Of a stretch of DNA of 64,000 nucleotides, positions 47,273-61,227 are shown one piece after another. How positions within the stretch are numbered: the first letter of the stretch is position 1; each line of letters begins with the position of its first letter. The stretch is from the human T2T-CHM13v2.0 reference genome, Homo sapiens: NCBI RefSeq assembly GCF_009914755.1, contig NC_060928.1. One strand, given 5' to 3'. Under the pieces are notes generated by a model, which ran no database searches, had not been told where the DNA came from, and worked only from the letters and a program-made list of their open reading frames with translations. Made by a program: the position numbers and the translations under genes.

Positions 47273-48284
47273 CCAGCTTCATTTTAGAGTGCTGGGTGAA
47301 TACTGCCACATCTCGATAACCTAAATTAGAAATTTACAGGAAGAGAAGAAATACATGGCTCAAAAGTTGGGGGGAAGAAAAGGATGGCAGCTGCATAGAA
47401 AGAACAGGGACTCAAGAGATCAGAGCTCAAATTGGGCAGGCACAATTCTCATTACCTGTATGATTTTCAGAATTGGTTTTGGTTTTGGATGTGAGCTAAA
47501 AAGAAAGACAGTTTGGCGAAAGATCCTAAACTATATCTACATTAGTTCTTCCCTGTTACTCTTCAAATTTAGAGCAAAGCCCATTTGAATTTATTGGGTT
47601 GAGTACTTAACTCAATAAGCAAATCAGGTATTTTGGGATAAGAGCATGAGTGGGAGCATTTCATACTCTAGGTAAACAGTTTAACCACCGGGGAGTATCA
47701 TAGGCTCAAAGACTTTTCAGGCTCTGACGGTGTTAAGCAATACCTAGCACAATGGTTCCCAACCATTTCTAGTCATGGACTCTGTTGGTCAAATTAACAC
47801 TTACACGGAAATCCAGAATGCCAAATATAAAAAGGGATGAAAGTGGAGCTGCTTTGGTTAAGGAAGGTATGAGGTACCAGCCATTGGGCCTACCCTCAGC
47901 TGCCAAGGAAAACAATTCTGCAGAACCCAGAAGTATTGCTAATGTGCAGACATACACTCAGACTCGAGGAGTGCTGCTGAGGGTTGGTAGGTAGTAACGT
48001 AAACGTGTTAAGATGATAGAACACCTAAAACCATGCTACTGATTGTAAAACAGTTCAAAATACTATTAGATTTAATTCATCAAATAGATCAAGGTCAACT
48101 TTAACTGTAGAAAATAAGAGTTATTATGCACATGATAATTATGTATGAAGAAATACAAAGCCACCAAAATATAATCTGCCACCTTTTTCTGGTTTCTCCA
48201 TTAATAAATATTTGCTATTAGCTCATTCAATTAATTTTTTTCCAGCACTTGGAAGAAGACACATTAATTTAAGAATAGATTGTA

Positions 48285-48582
48285 CCCAGGTGCGGTGGCT
48301 CACACCTGTAATCCCAGCACATTGGGAGGCCAAGGAGGGCAGATCACTTGAGGCCAGGAGTTCAAGACCAGCCTGGCCAACAAGGTGAAAACCCGTCTCT
48401 ACTAAAAATTCAAAAATTAGCCAGGAATGTGGTGTGCACCTATAGTTACAGCTATTCAGGGGGCTGAGGCAGGAGAATTGCTTGAACCTGGGAAGCAGAA
48501 GTAGCAGTGAGCTGAGATCACACCATTGTACTCCAGCCTGGTCAACAGATCAAGTCCCTGTCCCCAAAAAAAAAAAAAAAAA
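48285..48582 (+). mobile_element. AluSz/Sx-like
   Basis: Dimer with A-tail; TSD core AGATTGTA. Confidence 0.93.
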
Positions 48583-51500
48583 AGATTGTAAAAGAAAATT
48601 CTAAATTATAAAAGCTCTATCCACTTATTTTTTCCTTGTGAAACAGGAAGTGTTTGCATTATTGAATTTAGGGTAAAGAGAAGGATCTTGGTCTAACCTG
48701 AAATACTGGTACTTTCCAATAATACAGTTTGGGAACCAGAGTTTTAATCTAGTCATATGATTTTTAACACACGAAATCTGAGGCATTCAGGGGTCCCTCT
48801 GTAAGGTCATTAACCAAACCAAAGTTTATTGATTTATTTTTCTGTAACAGTGTCTGACAGGTTATGGTCAGAGACTTTCCATGTGGAATGGAGACAATCA
48901 GGTAGAAAAGATTTGCTTTTCATTTCTAGTACTGAGCTTTCAGTCTAGACAAAGTAAAGACTGTTGGTGGTCAGTAAAAAGGACTTTCTTATGCTGTGAA
49001 ATATAGCATTTTAGGAGATGCAGCATTACTCGTGCAACTGTGTTCATCTGCTTTATTAACATGTGTTATTTATGATGCTCAGGGTGCCAATGCTTATAGA
49101 TAGTTCTTGGAAACAATTTTACTAATGTTGTCCAAAGGTCTGATGGGGTCCAAAAAAAAGAGGCCTCTGGGGGACTGCCTGTCACAGGGTAGGGGAGAGG
49201 ATATAAAGATGGGAGAGGTCTTGGCTTCATAATCACCCCCAGGTGCTTTGGGGCTACACTTCCAGAAGCTTGGGATCAATGGGAGAAATAAAATCCTTCC
49301 GTAAATAATGCAGTGTGTTTCTATAAGGCTCGCACACACATAAGAAGGAAAAGGGACAGGAACTATTGGTTGAAACAGGAAAGGAAAGTAATTATCTGCT
49401 GGTTTGGCAGTGATTTATCGAGAATGGGAAAGCAAATCATTACCAATCAAGAAAGCTCTTAGGATAGGGCAAGGCAGAGAGGTAAAACTATTAGATGCAT
49501 TCAGAAAGAATTTATGTGCTTTCTTCATCAGCAACCCCATACATTTTACTGTATTTTTAAAAAATTGTCATTACTTAGAAACTGTGAAATATGAAGAATG
49601 CCTTCTTAGTCAAGTAGCATTTTTATTTGAGGTGAACTGCATTGCTAGCAGTTTATTTCGTGCAGTTTTATAGTGGTCAGGCACATGGACTCAAAGCTGG
49701 ACTGCTGGGTTCCATTCATAGCTAGGTATTTTTTGGACATTTTCCTTAACCTCTCTGCCTTCGTTTCATCATACATAATTCAGGATAATAGCAGTACCGA
49801 CCCCATAAAGTTGTTGGGAAGTGTAAATGAATTATTGTATGAAAAGCTCTGGGAATATTACCTAGCACATTACAAATGCTATATTAGAGTTGGCTATTAT
49901 TATTTATTCATATATAAAAACAACACTAAATTATAATAATAGCTCATGTTTATTGAGTGCTTACTGTGAGTCATATATTTTCCCAAGCATTTTATATGCA
50001 AGTCAGTCATCAGATCTTCATGGCAAACTATTAGATAGAGTTATTATTATCCCCATTTTACGGATAAGGAAATTGGCAGCAAAACTCAGGCCTGGAGCTC
50101 TTTATTACTATCCCTTCATCTCTTTAATATGAATTTCCTTTTCCAGTCTTTTCACATAGTTTCCTTCTTCGTGTAGAGAAATTAACAAAATGAATGTACT
50201 TTGAAGGAGGCTAATCCAAGTAAAGAAGACTTAAGACAAGCTATGCCTGTTTAATTCAGCTCAACAATTCACACCTTCATAAGCCATGACACCATTCTCA
50301 CTGTATTTCATTTTAATGCTATTATTTTGCTTGGTGACTGGTACATATAAATATTTTATACAGACTCTTCTCTTTGTGCCATTAGGATGATGAAATGTAT
50401 ATATGCTAATGGAATTCTAAGGTTCTCTGATTTTTCTTTTAGGGTCAATTGTCAATTATCTACAGCACAATTATTGTAAGTTGAAGCAATTCTTTCTTCC
50501 ACTTTTCTCTATCAGTATCGTCTTTGTTGAGATGAAGCATTTTAGTGGCAACAGACTTACTCATAACATAGCTAGAATTGCAGTGTCTCATTTTATTGTG
50601 TCACTGCCAAGGATGATACTGGCAGATTCTTAAGGTACTGCTTTGTTGACAATGTAGTTGACACTATTTATTGTTATTCTTAATTATTACTGATAGTACA
50701 TCAAAAGTGGAAAAGGACAATTGAATAAACATATCCTTATCAATTTGACCTCTTCTAAGAAATACATGATCCCCTTGACTTAACACAATTCCTGGTCAAT
50801 ATAAGTGTCTGCCCCACTACACCCCCATTACCTGCCTAATCAGACCTACCTACTGTATCCTCTATAGCAATTTCTTCCTAATTGTTGACTGTTCTAATGG
50901 ACAGTATGTTCGGAGGAGGCAACATGGAGCAATGGAGAAATTGCTGCTGAGTTATCTCCCACAGAAAGTCTGACTTCCCTCCTGTATTATCCTATCTCAG
51001 TGAAAGCCATTTACATTCAAGTAGGCACTCAAGCCAGGATCTGAGAGTCATCTTTTAACAGTGACAGTGAGAAATGATGACTAGTAAAGGAATCGGGGGA
51101 GAGTGGCTTGACTCACTCCATAATCCTCATCATTATACTCTTTCCATGATCGTTTTACTTTCCATACCTTTATTCATAACATTTCCTCAATTCTATGTAG
51201 AATGCTATTTTAACATATTTAATACAGTGTAATATCCTTATCTCTCCAAATTGCAGAGCTTCTAAATTCCACTTACACTAAAACCTGAAGCTGCTGCAAT
51301 TCTTCCAACTTTTTCTCTTACTATACCCAAATCCCATGAAAGGTGATGAAAGGTGGATCACTCGTTTCTATATACTACAGCTGTACCTCATATACACTTC
51401 TATTATTGCACTTTCCACACTTCATGTATGCATGCACGTGTGTATGTACATATGGAAGGTGTGTGTCTCCATTTGACTGGAGCTCTCCAAGGGCCAGGTC

Positions 51501-53430
51501 TTATTCATATCTAAATTTGAAATACGCAACACAATTCCTAGTATGCAGCAGGACAGGTGTGCTTATTAAATTATTGCAGAATAAACAGATGATGGATAAA
51601 AGAATGATTAGACTAAGGGTCTGCTTGCAGGTCTCATATGACCTTGGAAAAAATCAGGTAATTTCTCACTGCTTAAGTTTGTTCTTTCATTAAAAATACA
51701 AATTATTTTAAAGACTTATAATAATACATGTTCTATGAAACAGATGCTCCTGTGAACAACAAACTAGGATACACTTGTAAACCCTTCCACTTGCTGTGAA
51801 GTACCATGCCTGTGTGTGAGAATTAAAAATTGTGGATCCAATCAAAGAAGTATAAGGACAGAAAAACTATCCTTGAATATGTTTTCAAGATGTGTACTGT
51901 TTGAAACTATATCTCAGGTAACAATCAACAGTTTTAAGAAAGAGCTTTAGAAATCCAATCACAAAGAAAAGAATCTTTATTTCTCCCTTTGGGATATGAC
52001 ATTTAACAAATTAATTTAGAATTCTTTAAAACCAACGGAGCTAAGAGGAAATTGAGAACACTTGTACTAATCACTCCCAACTTAAATGTAGAAGGTCATA
52101 TATCTAAAAGGTTACATTACTACAATGGAGAAATTCAATTACTACGGACTCCTAAAGGGCTTTACTTAAAATAGCACAGAACTGTAATGCTGTCAATTCC
52201 AATGAAAATAATTGCATTTCCCTAAATACTGTGAATAATTTGGTAAATACATCTATTCTCTTAAAGTACAAATTTCCAACATCTGCAGAACTCAAGAGCC
52301 CAAAACATAAATATTCAAATATTTCATCGAGAGTTTTAAATTTATTAATACCACCAAGTTTACTCAGCTGTTTCTATACTTGGATGACTGATTTTTGTCT
52401 GAAGTTTAGTAAAGAGGAGGGTATCTTGCTTCAAACTCACTATGAAGATTGTTAATTTGATTTTTTTTCTTCTTTTAACAAACAATTCTTTTAGGAATTT
52501 CTTAAAAATTAAATGTGACAATCTAGGTCCATAGAATGTTAAAATTTAAAAGAAATTGATCCTCTAATCCCATGGCACTCAAACCTAAAGCCATTACTCA
52601 AATATAGCTAATTCTGGGCCCTGGTGTTAATATTCAGATCCTGTTGGTCAGAATTGGGTACATTTGATAGGAACCATCATTGGTTCTGATATGCTGATTC
52701 ATGGATCTGCATAGTTATCTATAGATTTCTAATTCAGCCTTTTATCTTTAGAGATGAAGACGTTGAGATCCTGACAGCAAAAATAATTTCTGAAAGACCC
52801 TCTGGACTCTTACAGCTGTGATTCAAAACCCAGGTCTCCTGACTTCCAGTGGAGTGCTCCTTTATACCATGAGACATCCTGGAAGGTCACACACCTGGGC
52901 ATCAGTGTTCAGAGTACACTGTTATGAGCCCATGCTGAATGCCTCTAGCCACATGAGATCACATGGATTAATAGGTCTATAAAACAGGAAACCTCAATGC
53001 GAGCAACTCAGCCTAGCAAAGCAGAATGAACAAATGGGCACTCAAATCATGCAAGTGTTTACACTTCTAATTATGAAAATTGTTAACAGAGCTTCCCTTT
53101 ATTAATTCTCACCACAGGCCAGGTCTAAATAAAATCAGGCAATCCTCCCAACACTCCTATGAGAAAGCCTAGTGCAATTCTTATTTTATACAGATAAGGA
53201 GGACTCTGAGCAAGGAAATCTAGCATAACAATAAATAGTAGATGGCTGGGACAAAAGTCAAACTCAGTTCTCTTTGCTATTTTCACCATTCCCCTTGTCC
53301 TTTCCTTCCTGTTGTAGGGAAATAAGATACTTCAAGGTTTAGCATTTTTGTATGAACGTTGTAGAATTCCAATTGCGGAGGCTTTGCCTTCATGCATGAG
53401 GGTCAAGCAGTACTTTACTATGAGATAGAC

Positions 53431-53655
53431 CAAGGGTGTCCAATCTTTTGGCTTCCCTGGACCACAATGGAAAAAGAAGAATTGTCTTGGGCCAGACATA
53501 AAATACACTAACAGTAATGATAGCTGATGAGTTATAAAAGAATTGCAAAAAAAAACTCATGATGCTTTAATAAAGTTTACACATTTGTGTTGGGGCCACA
53601 GTCAAAACCATTCTGGGCTACATGTGGCCTGCAGGCAGCAGGTTGGACAAACTTG
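53431..53655. mobile_element. MER30 hAT-Charlie MITE
   Basis: CAAGGGTGTCCAATCTTTTGGCTTCCCTGG...GGTTGGACAAACTTG TIRs; degenerate 8-bp TSD AGATAGAC/ATATAGAA. Confidence 0.88.
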
Positions 53656-53809
53656 ATATAGAACTTCCTCAAGCAAATGGTGCCACTACATTCTGTCCAA
53701 CCGGGTAACAAAATACCCTAGGAAAATAGTAGCTTTTATTCACAACACACAACCAGGCGCCACCTTAATCCACAGTGCCTGTGAATGTGACCGTTTAAAT
53801 TAAAATGCA

Positions 53810-53932
53810 GTCACAACCCTGCTGACACCTTGGTTCCAGACTTCTAGCCTCCAGAACTGTGAGACAATACATTTCTGTGGTTTAAGCCACCCTGTTTGTG
53901 GTAGTTTGTTTCAGTAGTCCTAGTAAACTGAG
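53810..53932 (+). mobile_element. MLT1 LTR 3' fragment
   Basis: CCTGCTGACACCTTGG...CCTCCAGAACTGTGAGACAATACATTTCTGTGGTTTAAGCCAC. Confidence 0.8.
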
Positions 53933-53934
53933 AT

Positions 53935-54082
53935 TTTCTCTTTTTTTTTTTTTTTTTTTTGGGTAGATACAGTGTTTCACCATGTTGGCCAGGCTGGTCT
54001 CGAACGCTTGACTTCAAGTAGTGATCCACCTGCCTCAGCCTCCCAAAGTGCTGGGATCACAGGCGTGAGCCACCGCACCCAG
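53935..54082 (-). mobile_element. Alu left monomer
   Basis: Poly-T then GTAGATACAGTGTTTCACCATGTTGGCC...GCGTGAGCCACCGCACCCAG. Confidence 0.88.
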
Positions 54083-54189
54083 TCTTTTCATGTCTTTAGG
54101 TCAGATTCCTCATCATTGGATTCTGAGATGGTAATAGTGCTGACAAGTGCTTTGAGTTTGAAGTTGTTCAACTTGACCCTGGTCTATGT

Positions 54190-54700
54190 GTCTTACCTAT
54201 TTTGTTTCATGTTGCAAGCACTGCTAGCTTTCCTATTCAATACCCATCCTCCCTTCTTTTTTTCTAATAGAAAGCTACTTTTGTTTGTAATGACAGTGGC
54301 CCATCTATAAACTTCAACTTCCCAGACTCCCTTGCAACTAGAAATGATTTTATGATATAGTTTTGGGCCAATGAGGTGTAAACAGAGGTCTGCTAAGGAG
54401 CTCTGAGAATTTTTGTTTGTCCGTTTACTCATCAATTCATTCCTTTATTTTAATATCAGTGTCATTCCTTCTTTCTTCACTATTTATTCTCCATCCTGTC
54501 TGGAACATGAATATGAGGTTAGAGTTGCAGCAACAATGTTGAGACTATGGATGATAAGTGTGATAAAAGCCATATGCTAAGCACGGTGTGAAGTCAAGAT
54601 ATAACTCTGTCAGGACTTCAGCCTTTTTATTGAGAGGAAAAATATACATATAGTTAAGCAACTAAAGTAAGATTTTTGTGTTCATATAGCCGTATTCAAT
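54190..54700 (+). mobile_element. Old MLT1 (I/J/K-like) LTR
   Basis: TTCCCAGACTCCCTTGCAACTAG...GGCCAATGAGGTGTAAACAGAGGTCTGCT. Confidence 0.55.
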
Positions 54701-55784
54701 TCCAACTGGCAAATAATAGGAAATCAGCTGTGGCCCCAGAGAAAAGATCCACAGATAGGAACTTTTCAGGCTCTTCTGATGAAAATGACTAGATTTTTCA
54801 ACTCATCAGCCTACAGTGAAAGTCACCAATAAACAAGGTCTGCTCAGTCATACAGAATGCAATCAGCATATTATTATCTCACTCTGAAATATTCATAGAG
54901 AGCCAAGGATGGAAAAGCAGAGATCAAAACAAATAGTATAAGGAATTCAGAGGCTACAGATTCAGTGCAGGAAACAAACAAAAATAAATTTTAAAAATAT
55001 ATTTGATACCCTAGGGTAACATTTTTAAAAGGGTCACATAAATGGAACAAGAATAAGTAGCCATTGTATAATAAAAGAGGAAAACACAGTAATAAACAAC
55101 TCTCATAAATTCAAAGAAAATTGTTAGCAGATATAAAAAGGAGTTCATTAAGGAAGAGTAAAAATAAATTTAAGAGAATCTCACATAAAGAAATACGTTT
55201 TAGAAGTGCTGCAAAGTCAGAGGTAAACAATTAGAAAATTGCAATAGCAATTCAAGAGACTCAATATCTGACTAACAGAATTTACAGAAAGACAAAGCAG
55301 AATCAATAAAAGAGAAACACATTTCAAGGAAATAAAGCAAAATAATTCGCCAGAGTTGAAGCATTAGGCCGTCAGATTCAAAGGGCCTATCAAAGGCACA
55401 AAACAGTGAAAGAAAAGAAATCCATACTGAGGCACATTTTTCTGAATTTTACAGCACCTGGATAAAGATAAAATGCTAAACAGCTTCCAGACAGAAAAAA
55501 TAAAATAGGTTAGATGAAAAGAATGGCGTTCTGCTTTTAAACAAGATATGAGAATATGAAAAAGTAAAGCTTTAAAAAATCGGAAGAAAACTGTTCTCCT
55601 AAATTCCAATATAAATTATAGGTCATGTGTGATGAGATTTTTTTTTAATTGAGAGTGAAAATCTTTGTAAAAAATTCCCACTTTCTTTCTTGGGAAGTAA
55701 TGGAAGACACACTTCACTAATGAGAGAGCAGCAAATCAGAAGAGGATGTGGAATGTAACCCAAGAAAGAGGTAAAGATAATTCT

Positions 55785-56241
55785 TTGTTAACTTTTATTT
55801 TAAGTTCAGGGGCACATGTGCAGGTTTGTCATATAGGTAAACTCATGTCACAGGAGTTTGTTGCACAGATTTTTACTCAGGAATTAAGCGTAGTACCCAA
55901 TAGTTATTTGTTCTGCTCCTCTCCCTCCTCCCACCCTCCACCCTCCAGTAGGCCCCAGTGTCTATTGTTCCCCTCTCTGTGTCCATGAGTTCTCATCACT
56001 TAGCATCTATTTATAAGTGAGAACATGTGGTAATTGTTCCTGAATTAGTATGCTAAGGATAATGGCCTCCAGCTCCATCCAGGTTGCCACAAAAGACATT
56101 ATCTCCTTCTTTTTTATGGCTGCATAGTATTCCATGATGTATATGTAAAATAGCAGAGACATGGAATCAACTTAAATGCCCATCAGTGACAGATTGGATA
56201 AAGAAAATGTAGTACATATACACCATGAAATACTATGCAGC
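55785..56241 (-). mobile_element. L1PA15/16-like 3' fragment with 5' inversion (twin priming)
   Basis: Antisense 3'UTR 55785-56147 then a sense piece 56149-56241; degenerate TSD AAAGATAATTCT/AAAGAGAGTTCT. Confidence 0.85.
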
Positions 56242-56695
56242 AAAGAGAGTTCTAAGTGAGCCTGAGGAGACCTAGAGAACAGCTGCCAATGGCAACAAGA
56301 GGAAAGTGTTAAGGAGAGATGTCCCCAAGGGCAGAGGGGAGATGGGGAATTACAGTTTGAGATTAAAATTGAAATTGGCAAATTATACATATACAGAAAC
56401 TTTGGCAAATGAAAACAAAAAGATGCCATTTTTACTCTAAGGAAAACAAGGTAGTAAATGCAATCGTATGCTATCTAGAAGAGGTGGGAATAGTATTACA
56501 TGACTGTAATAATGCAAGCCCTTGAATGTTGAGTGAAAACATCAGGAGGTTGGTGATAAGGGAGAATGTGTATAGAGATAAAGGGGTGTTGTTAGAGAGG
56601 ATAATCCTCATGTTCCATATGTGGAAGACAGGTAATACCTGAAATGGAAAACTCAAGGACGATGAGTAAGAACAGATGTATTATGAAAGCTTATA

Positions 56696-56775
56696 TTAGG
56701 TTGGTGGAAACGTAATATGGCTTGCCATTACTTTTAATGGCAAAAACCACAACTACTTATTTTGCATCAACGTAA
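56696..56775. mobile_element. MADE1 (Hsmar1-derived MITE)
   Basis: TTAGGTTGGTG...TTGCCATTACTTTTAATGGCAAAAACCACAA...TTTTGCATCAACGTAA, palindromic 80 bp. Confidence 0.85.
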
Positions 56776-58634
56776 TGGTAGAACAAACAGTCAAAAGTTT
56801 CAAGGAAATTGCATCTATGAAGCAGAATTCAGAGTTAGGGTAGGGTGGCACAAGTTGCTGCTTTTCTGGTTTTCTTCTTGTGTATTTTTCTGTTATAGGT
56901 GAAGGGTCACAAGCTTTAAGGTACAATTTCATTTTCTTTTTTAAAAGTTCATGTAGTACTTTAATTAAAGTCAATATTAAATAAAAATATTTGGCTTTGG
57001 ATTTACTTTTTGAAAACTGAGTTTTGGTATTGGCCTATTGTTTCACCATACAGAACTTTAAAGATTATATATATATATATACATACATACATATACACAC
57101 ACACACATATATATATGCCCTACACATCCATAGTAGTAAAAACCTAGAAACAAGAGCTAATATTAAATATATTAATATTAATAATTTAATATCAATTAAA
57201 TTATTCATCAAATATTAATTCAGCCAGCTTCTAGTCTAGGCACTGGTGATACATCAGTGGACACAGTAGATGGACCTCCCTGTTGATAACAAGTGTATAT
57301 TTTGGGTGTGTTCAGATAGAATATCCTTGGCTAAGTCACGTACTATAATCTATTTGAGCCCTGGCTTCCTCTTCTGTAAAATGGGCATACAATTAACCAC
57401 TCATTATTTCAAAAATTAATTATGAGGACCTGTTCAGCTTAAAATTTTTTTCCATGTTAAGATACAACATCTCACAAAGCAGCACTTTACTATTAAAAGA
57501 GTTCATTTCGCCATCATTCCTAGCACTAGCAAATTGAACTATTAGGGATGAGACCTCCAATATTACACTACTGCCACATTCCTCTTTATTATGAAAAGGC
57601 AGATTGCCAAAATCAGTTTCTAGTCACTCAGTTTGTCTAAATATTGCAGGGCTTTTTGATGTTGCATTAGCAGAATATACAGTCTACATTTATTCCATTC
57701 TTTTGTCGGCCTATGCAAAAAAATGAAATGAATCTATTCAAAATCAAGATGCACTGAACTGCATATGATGCAAAAGAAGGATTTTGCTAAACACAGCAAC
57801 TATGTAATGCACCCCATTCCTTCCCCATCAGCTTGGATCCTGAGACTATTTTGTAAATCTGCAGAGATAAGAGTTTTCTATATTTATTGAAAGGTCAAAA
57901 GTTTGGGAGGTGGAGAGGTGTAAGGCAGGTAGGAATACAGTATTGTATTTATTAAACAATATGTCAGAAACAGACACATAGCAGGCACTTTGTAAAGTAC
58001 AATAGAAAACAAGCACCTGTTATCTCTACCACTCTAATTTGCACCATCATTTCTAGTAACAGCAAAAGCCTCCAAAGTGGTTTTCATACTTCTACCTTTC
58101 CCATTCCCCCATGAAGACATCCATTAGAATGATCCACTGAAAATATAAACCATATCATAACACTTTTCTCTCCAAACTTTCATTATTTTCCCCAAAAGTC
58201 CAAATTTTCTTCAATAACCTACAGAAAGTATTTGTTAAATGAAAGAATCAACCCATCTAGCAACCACCAGTGAGACTTGGGTCACTAGATCCTTGCAATG
58301 TGTTAAGTAATACAATTGAAATAAAAAGCAATTAGAACACTGGAAAACCTACTATTCTATGGTATCACTACATGGTAGTACTGGGAACTAGGACATGTGT
58401 TGTGAGTAAGGACTGGAAGTTAAGAGAAGTTTATGTGGGCCATAGTGGTTTGGGTTTCTTGCGTAGCAGAGACTCAAGTGTGAGTTGGAGATGTGAATGC
58501 TCCAGTCATTATGTTGTTATTTAATTAAATACAAGAAAGAAAAGAACCCATACACCTGTATATCTCAAGTCCACAGCTATCACGTCCTCAATTCTATAAG
58601 ATACGCTTTATCCTCTCTATAATAGTTTAAATGA

Positions 58635-59010
<376 letters not shown>

Positions 59011-60032
59011 TAGACAGATACATAGGTGACATACATGGACTGAAATAAAATCTGATTGATGTGTCAAGTTTAGAGCAGTGACAGACTCACTGTGAAGATG
59101 GTAGAGAAACTTGAACTCCAGTAAACTCTGTTATCTGGAATCCAATAAATTGCAAAGTGATTAAGTGGTCTCTTTGCACTTAGGTACACACCTAACTGAT
59201 ATTCTAAGTAGTCTTTGAGACCCTGAATTTACACAACTCAAGGAGAGATTAAATTGTGTGCAGCATCATGAGAGTGTTGGGTTTATTTTATTGCATTCCA
59301 ATTATTTGAAAATTGATAACCTGTGTACATATGGCAACTTCCCATTGATCTGAATATTGGATTAAGTGAAACACTCTGAAATTGCCAACTGAACTGATTG
59401 CACCTAATGAGATGGAGATGTGGAAATAGCCATGAGCTTTTCATCACCGGCTGCAAACCTGCAATTTTCTTGGTGAAGAAAGAAAACACAAAATGCTATT
59501 GGAAAGTGGTTTTCATGTCTTGCACAACCCCTTCATCCATAACCTTCAATTCTAGATGGCTGCATACTGTTCACTTGGCTAACTTCTAGAATAGAGTGGT
59601 GGATTCTAGGCAACAGGATGTGATCACTAAAAAGACATAAAACAATTCTAAAAATGTGTTTTGAAAAATATCAGGTAAGTTCTCATAAGTGAGACATTCT
59701 CAGTTTAGGTAAAGCTTAGAATTGTGTTTCCCAAATTTCAGTTAGTCACGTAGCTACCTGTAATTGCACTAGCAAATCTACATTTAATTTATATGTTATT
59801 TGTTATTTTTCTTACGTTAATTCATTTAACTTACACTTAAATACATTATTGTTAAAGGAAATATTATATCACTACCAAACTATAAGTAGATATCTTTTAC
59901 CATAAAGAGATAACTACAAATATAAATAAAATATTGTCTTCAAATATTAGTTCTGAGTTCAGGACTGTGATCTCTTTGCCAAAAGAGAAATATACAAGCA
60001 TTTGTGATGTGTTAAAGACTGGCACCAAAAGA

Positions 60033-60033
60033 T

Positions 60034-60073
<40 letters not shown>
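60033..60073. repeat. (TG)n microsatellite
   Basis: Dinucleotide run with one interruption. Confidence 0.95.
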
Positions 60074-60076
<3 letters not shown>

Positions 60077-60469
60077 GCTGTTAAAATTTAGTTAAGCTTT
60101 TAAATACATTTTTAAAATTGGTATCTTTACTATAAGGCTACTTGAAGTCTATAAAATGCTAAAAAGTATTGTTATTTTCTCAGACAGGTTTATGTTATCC
60201 AGTGTTTCACAATATGTGTAGAGCATGAAATATTTTTTAGGCAGAAAATATAAGAAGATGCATATTTCTCTCAATGTGTGCTGGCAAATTGTGCTGTTGC
60301 TTTTGCTGTTTTTCAAATTCCTTCATGCCTCTATGATACTCTTTGCTTCTGCTCAGTAAGTTAGTCACTCTTTCTTAAACATGACACAGTTTTCATCTCC
60401 ATTCTTGACTCATAGTATTTCCTTCACTGCTGCCTCACTTTCAGCGGTTAAAATACATCTCTTTGCCAC

Positions 60470-60930
60470 CCAAATACTTGCACACAAAATAGCCAAAAAG
60501 TGAGAACACCCAAATCTCCGTCAACTGCTGAATGGTTAAACACGTGGCAAACTCATAGAAGGGATACTATTTAGCAATAAAAGACTGAATTACTCACATG
60601 TGCTACTACATCAATGGGTCACAAATGCTAAGTAAAAAAGAAACAACAAAAACTAGACACAAAAGGCCCCATTTTCTATGAATATATTTGTACGAAGTAT
60701 CCAGAAAAGGAAAATCTATAAAGACGGAAAGTAGATTAGTAGTTGCCTGGTGGGAGTGGAGGTTAACTGTAAATGGGTAGGTGGGATCTTATTTGGATGA
60801 AAGAACTGTCCTAAAATTGGTTAGATATCATGATTGTACAACTTGGTATATTTATAAAAATTGACTTTTATATTTAAAATGGGTGAATCTTTTGAAATAT
60901 ACATTTTTCCTTCATAAAATTATGTAAAAA
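60470..60930 (+). mobile_element. L1MB/ME 3'-end fragment
   Basis: AATAGCCAAAAAGTGAGAACACCCAAAT...AGTAGATTAGTAGTTGCCTGG. Confidence 0.75.
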
Positions 60931-61227
60931 TTTCAGCCAGCTAGGTGGACAATCAACCACCTATCCATTGACCCATTCTTCCATCTTTTAACGTTTTCTC
61001 TCTCATGCCATAATCTGAAGGTGATTTATTCTTGTCTTGAGAAAACATACCATTATGTTTTCATATATCATAGATCTTTTCATTTGTCTTTCTTGTATGA
61101 TATTCAAATATTTGTCTAATATCCTTACTCGACCATAAGTTTTTACAGACAAACTACTCTGAACTAGTCCATGTGAAAATAAATACTTATTGAATCTATA
61201 TATACATATGAAGCAAATTCTATTTCA

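Larger units (their letters stand above)
54720..56980 (+). mobile_element. Ancient A-rich L1M/HAL1-like relic hosting younger insertions
   Basis: Degenerate ORF1-like sequence (AATAATTCGCCAGAGTTGAAG...CAGATTCAAAGGGCC); boundaries approximate. Confidence 0.45.
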
